Shown piece after piece: positions 17,506 through 27,833 of a DNA stretch of 64,000 nt. A program made the position numbers and the translations under genes. Source of the DNA: Candidatus Moraniibacteriota bacterium. Lineage in GTDB: Bacteria; Patescibacteriota; Minisyncoccia; Moranbacterales; UBA2206. Location: the NCBI GenBank assembly GCA_049297495.1, contig JBAQUL010000026.1:620-64619 (forward strand). Reading direction: 5' to 3'. The notes under the pieces are model-generated. The model was given only the letters and a program-made list of their open reading frames with translations. It was not told the DNA's origin and ran no database searches. How positions within the stretch are numbered: the first letter of the stretch is position 1; each line of letters begins with the position of its first letter.

Positions 17506-20142
17506 TTATGCTCCACAACACTTCTTATATTTCTTCCCACTCCCGCACGGACACGGATCATTCCGTCCAACCTTGTCATCATTAATAATTGGTTTTTGCT
17601 TGGGTGCTTCACGCACTTCGCCGTCTTGGATTTCTCGGGCCGAAGCGAATGACTCCGCCTCCTGGGCTCCGCTGAAATTAAGATTTTTTTCTGGGATAGC
17701 TTTTTCCACTTCTACTGGCGCAGCTGAAACGCGAAAGATTGTGTGAGTAATGGTTGATTTAATATTTTCCATCAAATAGGAAAACATTGAAAAAGCTTCT
17801 CGTTTGTATTCCACCAACGGATCACGTTGACCATAACCACGAAGACCAATACCTTCGCGCAGATAATCAATCTCATCAAGATGGCTCATCCACATCACAT
17901 CAATTGTCTGAAGTGCAATGCTTTTTTCAATCGAGCGCATATTCGCCTCTCCTAATTCCTTCTCCTTACGATTATAGACCTCTTTAGCAAAACCAGCCAG
18001 ATATTCCGTCGCAGCGCCAATAAGTTCTGCAGTATTTTTATTTCTATCTTCAACGATTTCTTTAAGCTTAACTTGCACGTCAGGAGAAAGCACCATCATG
18101 CTATGGATATTTTCCGCAATTTTTTCAACTTCCAGATTGCCATCTTCGGCTGTGAGGCTCGATGAAACTGCTCCTTCAATTTCATCGCGAATATTATCCA
18201 TAATCTCAGGCTTAATGTTCGTTGATTCGAGAACGGCGCGTCTTTTCTTGTATAGTATTTCGCGCTGCTTGTTCATCACATCATCGTAATCCAAGATATG
18301 TTTTCTGATATCAAAATTAAAGCCTTCAATTTTTGATTGAGCGTTCTCGATAGTTCTCGATATGATTGGATTTTGAATCGGTTGATCTTCAGGAAGCCCT
18401 AGTTTAGTCATAAGACTAATGAGATTATCCCCACCAAAACGCCGCATCAACTCATCCTCCAGAGAAACAAAAAACTGCGACGCACCAGGGTCCCCCTGTC
18501 GTCCCGCCCGACCGCGAAGCTGATTATCAATGCGCCGTGCCTCATGCCGTTCTGTTCCCAAAATAAAGAGTCCTCCGAGCTCACGAGCACCTTCTCCCAG
18601 TTTGATGTCCGTTCCGCGACCAGCCATATTGGTTGCAATTGTCACTGAGCCAACGTGTCCCGCTTTCGCCACAATTTGGGCCTCCCGTTCATGATTTTTG
18701 GCGTTCAGTACTTCATGTTCCACCCCAGATTTCAAAAGCAGTGTGCTCAAGTATTCCGATTTTTCCACTGCGATTGTACCAACTAAAATTGGTTGCCCAA
18801 GCTTATTCACTTCTTTAATTTTTTCCACAATCGCATTAAATTTGCCTTTTTCCGATTTATAGACAACATCCGGAATATCTTTGCGAATAGCCGGACGATT
18901 AGTGGGAATTTCCGTCACATCCATCTTATACACTTTGAAAAATTCTTCTGCTGAAGTCGACGCGGTTCCAGTCATACCAGAAATTTTATTATACATCCGA
19001 AAATAATTCTGGAACGTAATGGTCGCAAGAGTCTTTGATTCTTTTTGCACGCGCACATGCTCTTTCGCTTCAATCGCTTGATGTAATCCTTCACTATAAC
19101 GTCGTCCAGGCATGAGACGCCCTGTGAAGTCATCAACAATAATCACTTCGCCGTCTTTAACAACATAGTCCCGATCCAATTGAAAGATAACCTGAGCTTT
19201 CAAGGCTTGCTCCAAATGATGCACATAGGTAATTTTCCCCGCTTCATAGATATTTCCAACATTCAGCCACGATTCAATCTTCGCAATTCCGCTTTCTGTA
19301 ATGGTCACTGATTTAGTTTTTTCTTCAACAGTATAATCCTCTTCTCTCTTCAATCTCGGAACAAGCGCGGCAAACTGCTCATACATTTTCGTTGACTCGC
19401 TGTCCGCGGCAGAAATGATCAGCGGTGTTCTCGCTTCATCAATCAGAATTGAGTCCACTTCGTCCACAATCACATAATTCAAATCACGCTGAGCCATATG
19501 CTCCAAGGTCGGTACCATATTATCCCGCAGATAATCAAAACCAAATTCATTATTCGTGCCATAAGTAATGTCAGCGGCATAGGCTTCACGGCGCGCTATT
19601 GGCACTAAATTTTCCATCTCCACACTGATTTCATCATCATCTTCCACTTTTGGTTGATAGATATATGATGCATCATGAATAATGCAAGCCGTCGAAATTC
19701 CCAAGAAATATAAAATCCCACCCATCCAATTGCAGTCACGTCTAGCCAAATAATCATTCACAGTCACCAGATGCACGCCCTTGCCAGTGAGCGCATTGAG
19801 ATACATTGGAAGAAGCGAAGTGTGAGTTTTTCCTTCACCAGTTTTCATCTCAGCAATTTTTCCATTATGAAGAACGATACCACCCATCATTTGTACATCA
19901 AACAGCCGTTTTCCATCCACTCGCTTCACCGTTTCCCGCACAACCGCGAAAGCTTCCGGCAAAAGTTCATCAAGCGTCTCTTTTTCGGCGATTCTTTTTT
20001 TAAACTCAACTGTTTTTGAGCGCAACTCATCATCGGAAAGTTTCACCATCCGTTCTTCCAGTGCATTGATTCTTTCCACGATTGGTCTCAATTTTCCAAT
20101 CTCCCTTTCATTCGAACCGAATATTTTTTTTAGAATTGACAT
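17506..20142 (-). CDS. secA: preprotein translocase ATPase SecA
   Basis: 878 aa; N-terminal [22 protein letters not shown]-like motor motifs, and a C-terminal zinc-binding tail [14 protein letters not shown]. Confidence 0.95.
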   Translation of the reverse strand: MSILKKIFGSNEREIGKLRPIVERINALEERMVKLSDDELRSKTVEFKKRIAEKETLDELLPEAFAVVRETVKRVDGKRLFDVQMMGGIVLHNGKIAEMKTGEGKTHTSLLPMYLNALTGKGVHLVTVNDYLARRDCNWMGGILYFLGISTACIIHDASYIYQPKVEDDDEISVEMENLVPIARREAYAADITYGTNNEFGFDYLRDNMVPTLEHMAQRDLNYVIVDEVDSILIDEARTPLIISAADSESTKMYEQFAALVPRLKREEDYTVEEKTKSVTITESGIAKIESWLNVGNIYEAGKITYVHHLEQALKAQVIFQLDRDYVVKDGEVIIVDDFTGRLMPGRRYSEGLHQAIEAKEHVRVQKESKTLATITFQNYFRMYNKISGMTGTASTSAEEFFKVYKMDVTEIPTNRPAIRKDIPDVVYKSEKGKFNAIVEKIKEVNKLGQPILVGTIAVEKSEYLSTLLLKSGVEHEVLNAKNHEREAQIVAKAGHVGSVTIATNMAGRGTDIKLGEGARELGGLFILGTERHEARRIDNQLRGRAGRQGDPGASQFFVSLEDELMRRFGGDNLISLMTKLGLPEDQPIQNPIISRTIENAQSKIEGFNFDIRKHILDYDDVMNKQREILYKKRRAVLESTNIKPEIMDNIRDEIEGAVSSSLTAEDGNLEVEKIAENIHSMMVLSPDVQVKLKEIVEDRNKNTAELIGAATEYLAGFAKEVYNRKEKELGEANMRSIEKSIALQTIDVMWMSHLDEIDYLREGIGLRGYGQRDPLVEYKREAFSMFSYLMENIKSTITHTIFRVSAAPVEVEKAIPEKNLNFSGAQEAESFASAREIQDGEVREAPKQKPIINDDKVGRNDPCPCGSGKKYKKCCGA

Positions 20143-20153
20143 AAGTTATTTTT

Positions 20154-21368
20154 CTATTTTACAATCTTAATCTTCCGAAATTCCCTTTTCCCCGCTTTCA
20201 AAATTTTTCCGTCAAAACTCTTGTCTAATTTAAGCTGCCAATCACGGATTACTTCATTATCCGCTTTTATTCCGCCTTGGTCAACCTTTCTCCTAGCATC
20301 CGCTTTACTGGTTGCTAATTTGTTTTTTACCAAAACATCGATTAACGATTCTCCTATGAAAACCTTAATCTCCGCGATATCTGTCGGCAATTCTTTTTTG
20401 GAAAAAACTTGCTCAAAGTGTTTTTGTGCCGCCTCAGCCGCTTTTTCACCTTTAATAATCTTCACAATCTCATAGGCCATTTTCTTTTTGAAAATCATTG
20501 GGTTCTCGCCTTTTTCCATCGCTAATTTCATTTTTTCAATTTCTTGCATAGAAACTGATGTCAAAAGCTCGAAACCGGGCAAAATGTGCTGGTCAGAATA
20601 AGACATGGCTTTCCCGAACATATCCTGCGGACTGTCCGCTAGATTGATTCCATTGCCTTTGGTTTTGCTCATTGTCCGTCCATCCGGCGCGTCCATCATT
20701 TTATTGGTGCGCACAAATTTTTCTTTGCCGAGATAGCTTTTGATTAAATCGCGCCCAACCAGCATATTGAAAGTTTGATCCGTTCCACCGATTTCCATAT
20801 CCACTTCCATTGCCACGCCGTCATAGCCTTGCATCAAAGGATAGATAAACTCATGCAATCGAATTGGATCACCATCTTTCATTCGACGCTCAAACATATC
20901 ACGCTCAAGCATCCGTTGCACCGTAATGCTCGACATGAGCTTGATAAGGTTATTCAATTTAAGTTTCGAAAGCCATTTATAATTTCGCTCAAATCGCACT
21001 GGATTTTCTCCACCAAAATCAATCAACTGAGAAGCTTGCTTTTTCCAACCAGACATATTTTTTTCAATCTCTTCATCGGTGAGCATCTTTCTGGTCGTGT
21101 CCTTGTCCGGGTCACCAACTTTTGCCGTGTAATCACCAATAAGAAAAATCACTTCATGTCCCAGTTTCTGGAGAATTCCCAAAGCGCGAATGCCCATCGC
21201 GTGACCGACATGTAAATATGGCCCGGTCGGATCAAAACCTTGATAGATTTTCAGTCGTTCCCCGGACATCAGTTTTTTGCGAAAAGCCTCTTTGGAAGGA
21301 TAAATCGCCTCCACCCCCCGCTCCAAAAATTCATCAATTAATTTTTTGTCTTTAAATACTTTTGGCAT
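20154..21368 (-). CDS. tyrS: tyrosyl-tRNA synthetase
   Basis: 404 aa; HIGH (HVGHAMG), KMSKS (KMSKTKGN) and a C-terminal S4-like domain, which distinguishes TyrRS from TrpRS. Confidence 0.9.
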   Translation of the reverse strand: MPKVFKDKKLIDEFLERGVEAIYPSKEAFRKKLMSGERLKIYQGFDPTGPYLHVGHAMGIRALGILQKLGHEVIFLIGDYTAKVGDPDKDTTRKMLTDEEIEKNMSGWKKQASQLIDFGGENPVRFERNYKWLSKLKLNNLIKLMSSITVQRMLERDMFERRMKDGDPIRLHEFIYPLMQGYDGVAMEVDMEIGGTDQTFNMLVGRDLIKSYLGKEKFVRTNKMMDAPDGRTMSKTKGNGINLADSPQDMFGKAMSYSDQHILPGFELLTSVSMQEIEKMKLAMEKGENPMIFKKKMAYEIVKIIKGEKAAEAAQKHFEQVFSKKELPTDIAEIKVFIGESLIDVLVKNKLATSKADARRKVDQGGIKADNEVIRDWQLKLDKSFDGKILKAGKREFRKIKIVK

Positions 21369-21430
21369 AAAATTGCTCTAATATAAATTAGCTTACCACC
21401 TAAATTTAGCACTAAAACACGCTGATTGCA

Positions 21431-21472
21431 AGAAAAAAGACAGGGCTAGCGCGTCTTTGACGTTCTAGCCCT
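21431..21472 (-). terminator. rho-independent terminator downstream of the 84-aa gene
   Basis: Reverse strand: hairpin AGGGCTAG-(loop)-CTAGCCCT followed by a CTTTTTTCTTG U-run. Confidence 0.5.
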
Positions 21473-21488
21473 ATTCCTACAACAAGGA

Positions 21489-21743
21489 TCAATATACATG
21501 CAATTCAATCTGCATTCCTGCTGGCAACACCCTTTTTAATTCAAGAAGTAACTCGTGCCTTAGGCCATCGGGAGAAAACTGCTTTCCCTTTTCTGGCTCA
21601 AGAGAAATTTTATCCTTAAGTTCTTGACGCTGGAAGAGCACTTTGATTGCCTCCACATCTCCATTTGCACCAGGAATGAAAATGTGCCCAATTTCACTTG
21701 TAATATAAATGTGGGTGATGTCACTATTTTGCTTGTCAGACAT
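21489..21743 (-). CDS. hypothetical protein
   Basis: 84-aa ORF with no recognisable motif. It is bracketed by the terminator at 21431-21472 downstream and the hairpin at 21779-21815 upstream. Confidence 0.4.
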   Translation of the reverse strand: MSDKQNSDITHIYITSEIGHIFIPGANGDVEAIKVLFQRQELKDKISLEPEKGKQFSPDGLRHELLLELKRVLPAGMQIELHVY

Positions 21744-21778
21744 ATTTCCGCCCTCCTTATTTTTCGGGTTGGTCCAAT

Positions 21779-21815
21779 AAAGAACGATAAAAAAAACCCG
21801 CCACGTTGGCGGGTT
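21779..21815. terminator. bidirectional terminator-like hairpin (AACCCGCCA/TGGCGGGTT) flanked by A- and T-runs
   Basis: aaaaaaaacccgccacgttggcgggttttggttt: a GC stem with poly-A on the 5' side and poly-T on the 3' side. Confidence 0.5.
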
Positions 21816-22129
21816 TTGGTTTATTTCGAAAGGATAATTTATTACACCATTTTCCTCTTCGCTTCAAGCCAAAATTCGCCAACAAAAAGTCGGGACCCGG
21901 ATCCGGAACATGAAGACCAAAGATTGGTTTTGACTTGACGATTTAGACTCATAAAATTCAAACTACATTTCTACCAAAATATTACCACGTGATCATATTT
22001 TGTCAATAAAGCATTCTGCAACCCATACTGAATCCTGTTCACTGTTTCCTGCTTGCCTGCCGAAGCCTTGGCGAAGGTAGGTTCGCTGCTCACTGTCTTT
22101 ATTCCACCACCGCTTGCCAAGCCGTAGCT

Positions 22130-24028
22130 TTAGCAAAGGATGGCCTTAATCCTCCTCACTCCCGCCGAAGAACTTTCTTCTTTTTGGATTCTGAATTTGC
22201 CGGTGATTTCGGAGGTATTTTTGATGTGCGGTCCGCCGCAAATTTCTCGCGAATATTCTCCGATAGAATAGACTTTCACTCGATCGCCATATTTATGCCC
22301 AAATTCACCTTCCGCTCCGGCATCCTTCGCTTCATCCGGTGTCATTTCCTCCATCACCACTTCAGCTTTCGATGCAATCACTTCATTCACAAAATCCTCA
22401 ACCGCTTTTTTTTGTTCGTCAGTCATTTTGTCTGGATGCGAAAAATCAAAGCGGATCCGCTCTTCTGTTATATTTGAGCCTTTCTGATGAACAGTTTCTC
22501 CGAGAACTTTTCGCAGTCCCGCCAGCATCAGATGAGCAATGGTGTGAAACTGAGTTGTTTTTTCGCTGTGATCAGCCAGCCCTCCTTTGAATTTTCCTTC
22601 GGCTGCGGTGCGGGAAAGGTCTTGATGCTTTTTGAACAGTTCTTCAAATTCTTGCCAATTTTCTGTTGTAACTTCTACTCCACGTTCTTTTGCTTCTTCC
22701 GCAATCAATTCTTTGGGAAATCCATAGGTTGTATAAAGATTGAAAATAACCTTTCCATCTATCTGCATATACTTCTCAAATTCTTTAAGACCCTTTTCTA
22801 GTGTTTCTCTAAACTTATTCTCTTCCTTTCCCAGCTCCGCAACAATCATTTCTTGATCTGTTTCTAAATTTGTATATTCACTTTTATAATCCTCGATAAA
22901 AATCTTCGCCACATCTCCGCAAAAATTATTTTCAATTCCAAGTTTGTGCGCGAAACGCACTGCACGACGAATGAGGCGGCGGACAAAATAACCCTGATCC
23001 TTATTTGATGGCAAAACGCCATCGCCAATGAGAAAAGTGGCTGCCCGCAGATGATCGAGAATAACTCTCATTGATACCACATCATCGTGCCAACAAAGCG
23101 GCTCCTCCTCATGGCCTAAGTCGCCTTTTTTAAATTCATATTTTTTGCCAGACAATTTTTCAATTTCACTCTTCGCCTTTTCAAAAATATCCGTGAGAAA
23201 AATATCTGGGTCATTGTTCAATGCCGCAAGAACTCTTTCCAACCCACCACCAAAGTCAACATTTTTTTGTTTCAAAAACTCGAAGCCTTTCTCGGTCTTG
23301 AGATATTCCATAAACACATTGTTGCCGATTTCCATAAATCGTCCGCAATCACAATTGACGTGACATGGTTCGTCTTTCCAAGCTGATTTTTCATGAATCC
23401 CTCGCTCTGCTCCAAAATCCCAAAACATTTCACTGTCCGGTCCGCCCGGTTCACCAATCGGCATATTAGCCGGCACGCCTGCCCGACTCCACCAGTTTTT
23501 TTCCACTGGATAATAGAAAATTCTGCCATCTTGCATTCCATCACGTTCGGCAAAATTGACATCTTGCGCTTCAATTCCGACACCTTTGAATAATTCCTTC
23601 CATATCCCGACCGACTCGTCATCACGCGGAATTTTTAAACTTTCATCGCCACGAAAAACCGTGACGTAGAGATTTTTTGGATTAAGCCCGATTTCTTTTG
23701 TAAGAAACTCAAACATCCAAGTAATCTGATCCTTTTTGAAATAATCTCCCAGCGACCAATTACCAAGCATCTCAAAAAATGTCGTGTGGCGATTATCGCC
23801 CACATCCTCAATGTCGCCTGAACGGAAACTCTTTTGACTGTCAGCAATGCGCTTCCCAAGAGGATGGCTTTCTCCCATGAGATATGTGATCATCGGCTGC
23901 ATTCCGGAGCCAGTGAAAAGTGTCGTTGGATCATTTTCCGGCACCAATGGCGCAGAAGGAATAATGGCATGACCTTTTCTCTTGAAAAAATCGAGATATT
24001 TTTGGCGTAACTCTTGGGCTTTTAGCAT
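22130..24028 (-). CDS. alaS: alanyl-tRNA synthetase, short form ending after the editing domain (no C-Ala domain)
   Basis: Class II catalytic core, editing-domain motifs (HSEKTTQFHTIAHLM ... CGGPHIKNTSEITGKFRIQKEESSSAGVRRIKA), then a stop. The ATG start is probably at ~24028 (MLKAQELRQKYLDFFKRKGH); the ORF track begins at an upstream GTG at 24061. Confidence 0.9.
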   Translation of the reverse strand: MLKAQELRQKYLDFFKRKGHAIIPSAPLVPENDPTTLFTGSGMQPMITYLMGESHPLGKRIADSQKSFRSGDIEDVGDNRHTTFFEMLGNWSLGDYFKKDQITWMFEFLTKEIGLNPKNLYVTVFRGDESLKIPRDDESVGIWKELFKGVGIEAQDVNFAERDGMQDGRIFYYPVEKNWWSRAGVPANMPIGEPGGPDSEMFWDFGAERGIHEKSAWKDEPCHVNCDCGRFMEIGNNVFMEYLKTEKGFEFLKQKNVDFGGGLERVLAALNNDPDIFLTDIFEKAKSEIEKLSGKKYEFKKGDLGHEEEPLCWHDDVVSMRVILDHLRAATFLIGDGVLPSNKDQGYFVRRLIRRAVRFAHKLGIENNFCGDVAKIFIEDYKSEYTNLETDQEMIVAELGKEENKFRETLEKGLKEFEKYMQIDGKVIFNLYTTYGFPKELIAEEAKERGVEVTTENWQEFEELFKKHQDLSRTAAEGKFKGGLADHSEKTTQFHTIAHLMLAGLRKVLGETVHQKGSNITEERIRFDFSHPDKMTDEQKKAVEDFVNEVIASKAEVVMEEMTPDEAKDAGAEGEFGHKYGDRVKVYSIGEYSREICGGPHIKNTSEITGKFRIQKEESSSAGVRRIKAILC

Positions 24029-24138
24029 AAATTTAGCGTTAATAAAATTTTTACCCACCACAGCTTTGGCAGGGGCAGAATTTAAATCTATTTTGAATTG
24101 TATAATGCTTTAAACAGGTAGTCAAACTGAAGCCTGAG

Positions 24139-25392
24139 TTATTTTTTCAAGAATTTAAAGACAAGAAAAATCAAAAATAGTGAGGCTAGTGTTAAAATTC
24201 CAGAAAGCAAATAGGGAATTCTTTCCGTCAGTGGCTTTTCAGGTTCTTTTTCCGCTATATAGTTAGGGTTATCTTTTTGGTTGGTTATTCTTGCCTCCAT
24301 CGCTTTGTCAGGCTCAAGATACTCAAAATATTTTTCCAAGTCATATTGAGGATAATCTGCTTTTGAATTGCCATAAAACAACCGATATTTTTCCGAAACA
24401 TTCGCCTGAAAAATTACTTCACGATAGACAGAAAAAGAGCTAAGCCCGGAAATAGAAAGTGGCACGTCATCTTTATTAATTATCTCCAGTTTCAAATAAC
24501 GCTTTGTGGTCTCAGGAAAACTCAATGTAACATTTTCTCCGGTAAATTTTGGGGTGCTGTAGCGAAAAATATAGCCTTGACCAAGATAATCCCAATTTTT
24601 TGCATTTTCATCGTTGCTCGCATAAATCAAAATCGCTCTATTGAAATTTACATTCCTTGATTCAATATTCATCCTATCAGTCGGAATTCCACTCACTCCT
24701 AAATCAGCCACAATCTCAGTTATTTTTTTGTCCGTTTTTTCGCTTGATTTAAACTGAGGATGTCTTTCATATCCGCGAGTTTTTTCTTCGATAGTATTAC
24801 TCGTTTCCACCGAATTGATTTTAACAGGATTTCCACCATCATCCGCTATTTCAATTTTAATATAATGATAGGCGCTATCAGGAAATGAAATTTTTGTGTT
24901 TTGCGATTTAAAATTAGCCTTTTTATCAGTAAAGTCATAGATATATCCATTATCTCGAAGCACATTCCAAGAGTTCATGTCATTACCTCCAAGCACCTTA
25001 ACGTTTCTTTGAAAGTTTTCTGAGATTGTATTAATCGTAAGATTATTTACTAAATTGCCAGAATTTCCCAAATCCAAAATAACTTGAGAGCTTTCTCCGG
25101 AAACATAGGAATTATTAATCATTTTGACCGGCACACGATCGCTCTTAAAACTTGCCCTGCCTGAAACGAGCTTGAAAGGCACCTCCCTATTTTCCCCATC
25201 GATAATTCTCAAATCGGACAAATCTTTCGTGGAGCTGGAAAAAACATTATCATCCAAGGTTACCTTTAAAAGATTTCCGCCAGCACTTGAAATATCTTTA
25301 TAATATTTCCATTTGGAAATATCAAAATTTGCCAAGCAGCTAGTCGCGGAAAAAAGAAAAATTGCTGCAAAAATAATAAATAGTTTTTTCAT
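24139..25392 (-). CDS. secreted/membrane-anchored repeat-domain protein (DUF3999-like)
   Basis: N-terminal signal peptide, internally repeated beta-rich modules (VTLDDNVF...IIDGENREVPF; ISFPDSAYHYIKIEI; LSFPETTKRYLKLEI), and a C-terminal TM anchor. It is paired with a downstream DUF2339-like polytopic membrane protein, as commonly seen for DUF3999/DUF2339 pairs. The family assignment is from memory and not verified. Confidence 0.55.
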   Translation of the reverse strand: MKKLFIIFAAIFLFSATSCLANFDISKWKYYKDISSAGGNLLKVTLDDNVFSSSTKDLSDLRIIDGENREVPFKLVSGRASFKSDRVPVKMINNSYVSGESSQVILDLGNSGNLVNNLTINTISENFQRNVKVLGGNDMNSWNVLRDNGYIYDFTDKKANFKSQNTKISFPDSAYHYIKIEIADDGGNPVKINSVETSNTIEEKTRGYERHPQFKSSEKTDKKITEIVADLGVSGIPTDRMNIESRNVNFNRAILIYASNDENAKNWDYLGQGYIFRYSTPKFTGENVTLSFPETTKRYLKLEIINKDDVPLSISGLSSFSVYREVIFQANVSEKYRLFYGNSKADYPQYDLEKYFEYLEPDKAMEARITNQKDNPNYIAEKEPEKPLTERIPYLLSGILTLASLFLIFLVFKFLKK

Positions 25393-25563
25393 TTTTTATA
25401 TTTTTACGACTTACGCATTTACCAAAAGCAAGCTTCAAAGCGCGTGGTTTTTGAAAGTTTATTCTTTCTTCTCTTTAGCATCCATAACAGCTAAGAATTT
25501 TGTTATTCCATCTCGGCTATAGAGAAACTTACTTTTGGCAAACGCGCAAGTCCTGATTTTTAA

Positions 25564-27486
25564 TTAAATTATTTCTTTAATCTTATCTTTATATTTCTGA
25601 TAAGCAAATGAGATTGTGAGGAGCACCACACCCAAACTCATCGAAGATATGATACGATAAAGCGTTCCCATACTCCAAAGGTCATAGAAAAATAGCTTAA
25701 GAATAGCCAGGGTGAAAAGTAAAAGACCTCCGATCCGCGCACCTTTAATGCGAGCAAGAAAACCAACTACCACAAGAATTATTCCATAGAAAAGCCAAAA
25801 CAAAGAAAGAGAGACACTGCTTCTACTATCAATCTTATCAAGTTTTTCATACATATAGGAACTATCTGAAATCTTTCCTATGCGAATGTTTTCAGTATGC
25901 CTTTTTTCCTCCTGCACTCGATAAGCACGCTTATCTTGATCGTATTTATAGGTTATTTCACGACTGAGAGAAAAAACGGTCAAGAAATTAGCTACGATCA
26001 AAAATAGCGCGACTAATTGTTTCGTGGCCAAGAAATCATTTTTCCCCTCAGTATCACGGGAAAATAAGCGAAAAATATGCGCCGATGCATAAGCCAGAAT
26101 AATTACGATAAGATAAGTAAACATCACCTTATTCAAAAGCACCATATCCTTATTGCCATGTCCTGAATCGATAAAGAGCAAGCGCAGCGTGGCCAATCCA
26201 AACATGAAAGTTCCAAATGCCTTGAAGACGACTTTTTCTGTTTTAATTCCCAGGATAATCATAATCACCGCCTCAATCGCCCATCCGATCGAAATTATTT
26301 TTCCTTCAAATTGCAAAGGAATCGCCAAGGTAATAAAACCAACCGTTAGAAAAGCCAAGAAACTATATAGATTTTCATCGTCCGGAGTGATGGCGCGCAC
26401 CAGATAAGCCCACAGGAAGTAATAAATTGCCATGATCAAGGCAAAAAATCCCATAAACACATGATAGCTAGGATCAAGTATTGCATAGCTTGAAGCAAAG
26501 AATATCGCTCCAGCCATCAATGTGAGCGCTTGCTCAACTCCGGAAGATTTCTCGTTCCTGACGAGATTATAAACCAAGGAAGAGATAGAATAGGTTATAA
26601 AAAATAGTGTCAAAAATAACATCGTCACAAACAGATCTTCTTCATTATAAAACCTGCCTGACCAAGAAAGAAAAACAAGAACCGTACCAAAAAAACCCAA
26701 GATATTTAGCCATCTCCATTTTTTAAACATCGAGATCGCGAGAATCGCCAAATCCAGGATTAAAATGTAGGAAAATAATTCGACTTCATTGTTTTTTCCT
26801 GTCGAAACAAGAAAAGGTGTCAAAAAGCCACCGAGAGTTGAAACAATCACAAGCGAAATAGCATCATATCTAATACTCAAAACTATTCCCACAGCCGTTA
26901 TGAGCGCCATCATTAGAAAGGCCGGGATTTGACTGATTAGGTGATATGAATCAAAAGCAACAAAAATAGAAAGATACAGCACGGCCAATCCGCCGCCACT
27001 CATAAGTTGACCATAAACAAAATATTTCCGAATAAATTTTTCTCCAAGACCAAGCAAGGCTATTCCGGCAATAATTCCAATCATCACACGTCCAACCTCT
27101 CCAATCCAATTATTATCAAAAGCATACTTAAGAAAAAAAGATACACCAAGAACAAGTGCAGCCATTCCAATTCTCGCAAACCAAGTGCCTCCAATATTCT
27201 CTTCTAGGTTGGACTTTTCAGAAACTGGCAAATTCTGGCTAGGGGTGGCCTGGAAAGTCGGCTGTGGTTCAATGTTTTGATAATTTGGCTGAGAAACAGA
27301 AACTGGCGCGGGTGATGATGGGGCGACATAGGCCGGCGGGACAATTACCGCTTTTTCCCGACCACCTTCTAGACGTAAAATTCTTTCATTTTGCAACTCT
27401 ATCTTTTGATTTAAATCTGAGATAGCACTGTTAATCACATTGAGGCTGGAGATTATTTCCTCAGAATAATTGTTTTCGTTTGACAT
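25564..27486 (-). CDS. large polytopic membrane protein (DUF2339-like) with N-terminal coiled coil and Pro/Ser/Gln-rich linker
   Basis: 640 aa with ~18 predicted TM helices after an N-terminal coiled coil (LNQKIELQNERILRLEGG) and a low-complexity linker. Confidence 0.55.
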   Translation of the reverse strand: MSNENNYSEEIISSLNVINSAISDLNQKIELQNERILRLEGGREKAVIVPPAYVAPSSPAPVSVSQPNYQNIEPQPTFQATPSQNLPVSEKSNLEENIGGTWFARIGMAALVLGVSFFLKYAFDNNWIGEVGRVMIGIIAGIALLGLGEKFIRKYFVYGQLMSGGGLAVLYLSIFVAFDSYHLISQIPAFLMMALITAVGIVLSIRYDAISLVIVSTLGGFLTPFLVSTGKNNEVELFSYILILDLAILAISMFKKWRWLNILGFFGTVLVFLSWSGRFYNEEDLFVTMLFLTLFFITYSISSLVYNLVRNEKSSGVEQALTLMAGAIFFASSYAILDPSYHVFMGFFALIMAIYYFLWAYLVRAITPDDENLYSFLAFLTVGFITLAIPLQFEGKIISIGWAIEAVIMIILGIKTEKVVFKAFGTFMFGLATLRLLFIDSGHGNKDMVLLNKVMFTYLIVIILAYASAHIFRLFSRDTEGKNDFLATKQLVALFLIVANFLTVFSLSREITYKYDQDKRAYRVQEEKRHTENIRIGKISDSSYMYEKLDKIDSRSSVSLSLFWLFYGIILVVVGFLARIKGARIGGLLLFTLAILKLFFYDLWSMGTLYRIISSMSLGVVLLTISFAYQKYKDKIKEII

Positions 27487-27555
27487 ATTTTTTCATTTTT
27501 TAGACACTGTACAAACTATTTTGCTGCAGTGACTTAGTACTTATAATCACAAACA

Positions 27556-27816
27556 CTAAACTCCTGTATACTCTGACCGCTTGATGTTTTCCCCGACTTT
27601 TTTTATGAGATCATCCCTATCATCAGAACTAAATTTATTTCTAAGCGCATTCGCGTCCAAATCCCTCCTCAACTCACGCAAAACTCGCGAAATATCATCA
27701 TTAAGCTCTCGCTCAAGCAAGCGTAATTCTTCGGAAATTTTATTTTTTTCCTCTTCGTCTGTAATCTTGTCGCCCAAGATTTCCCAGGCGAGATCTTTCA
27801 ATTTTGATTCAAGCAT
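27556..27816 (-). CDS. hypothetical charged alpha-helical protein
   Basis: 86-aa ORF, highly charged (E/K/R/D-rich), co-directional in the cluster. Confidence 0.4.
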   Translation of the reverse strand: MLESKLKDLAWEILGDKITDEEEKNKISEELRLLERELNDDISRVLRELRRDLDANALRNKFSSDDRDDLIKKVGENIKRSEYTGV

Positions 27817-27833
27817 CTTTTTTATTTTAATAA

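Noticed and set aside
21624-21938. 104-aa + strand ORF spanning the bidirectional terminator hairpin at 21779-21815.
   Set aside because: It runs antisense through the 84-aa gene and across a terminator. No supporting features.
22040-22110. Possible SRP (4.5S) RNA: GC-rich segment with a GAAG tetraloop and AGCAGC-like string on the minus strand.
   Set aside because: The conserved domain IV motifs (GGAA/GNRA loop flanked by the AGCAGC/GGAAG symmetric loop) do not line up convincingly by eye. I kept it only as a generic ncRNA candidate. Infernal would be needed.
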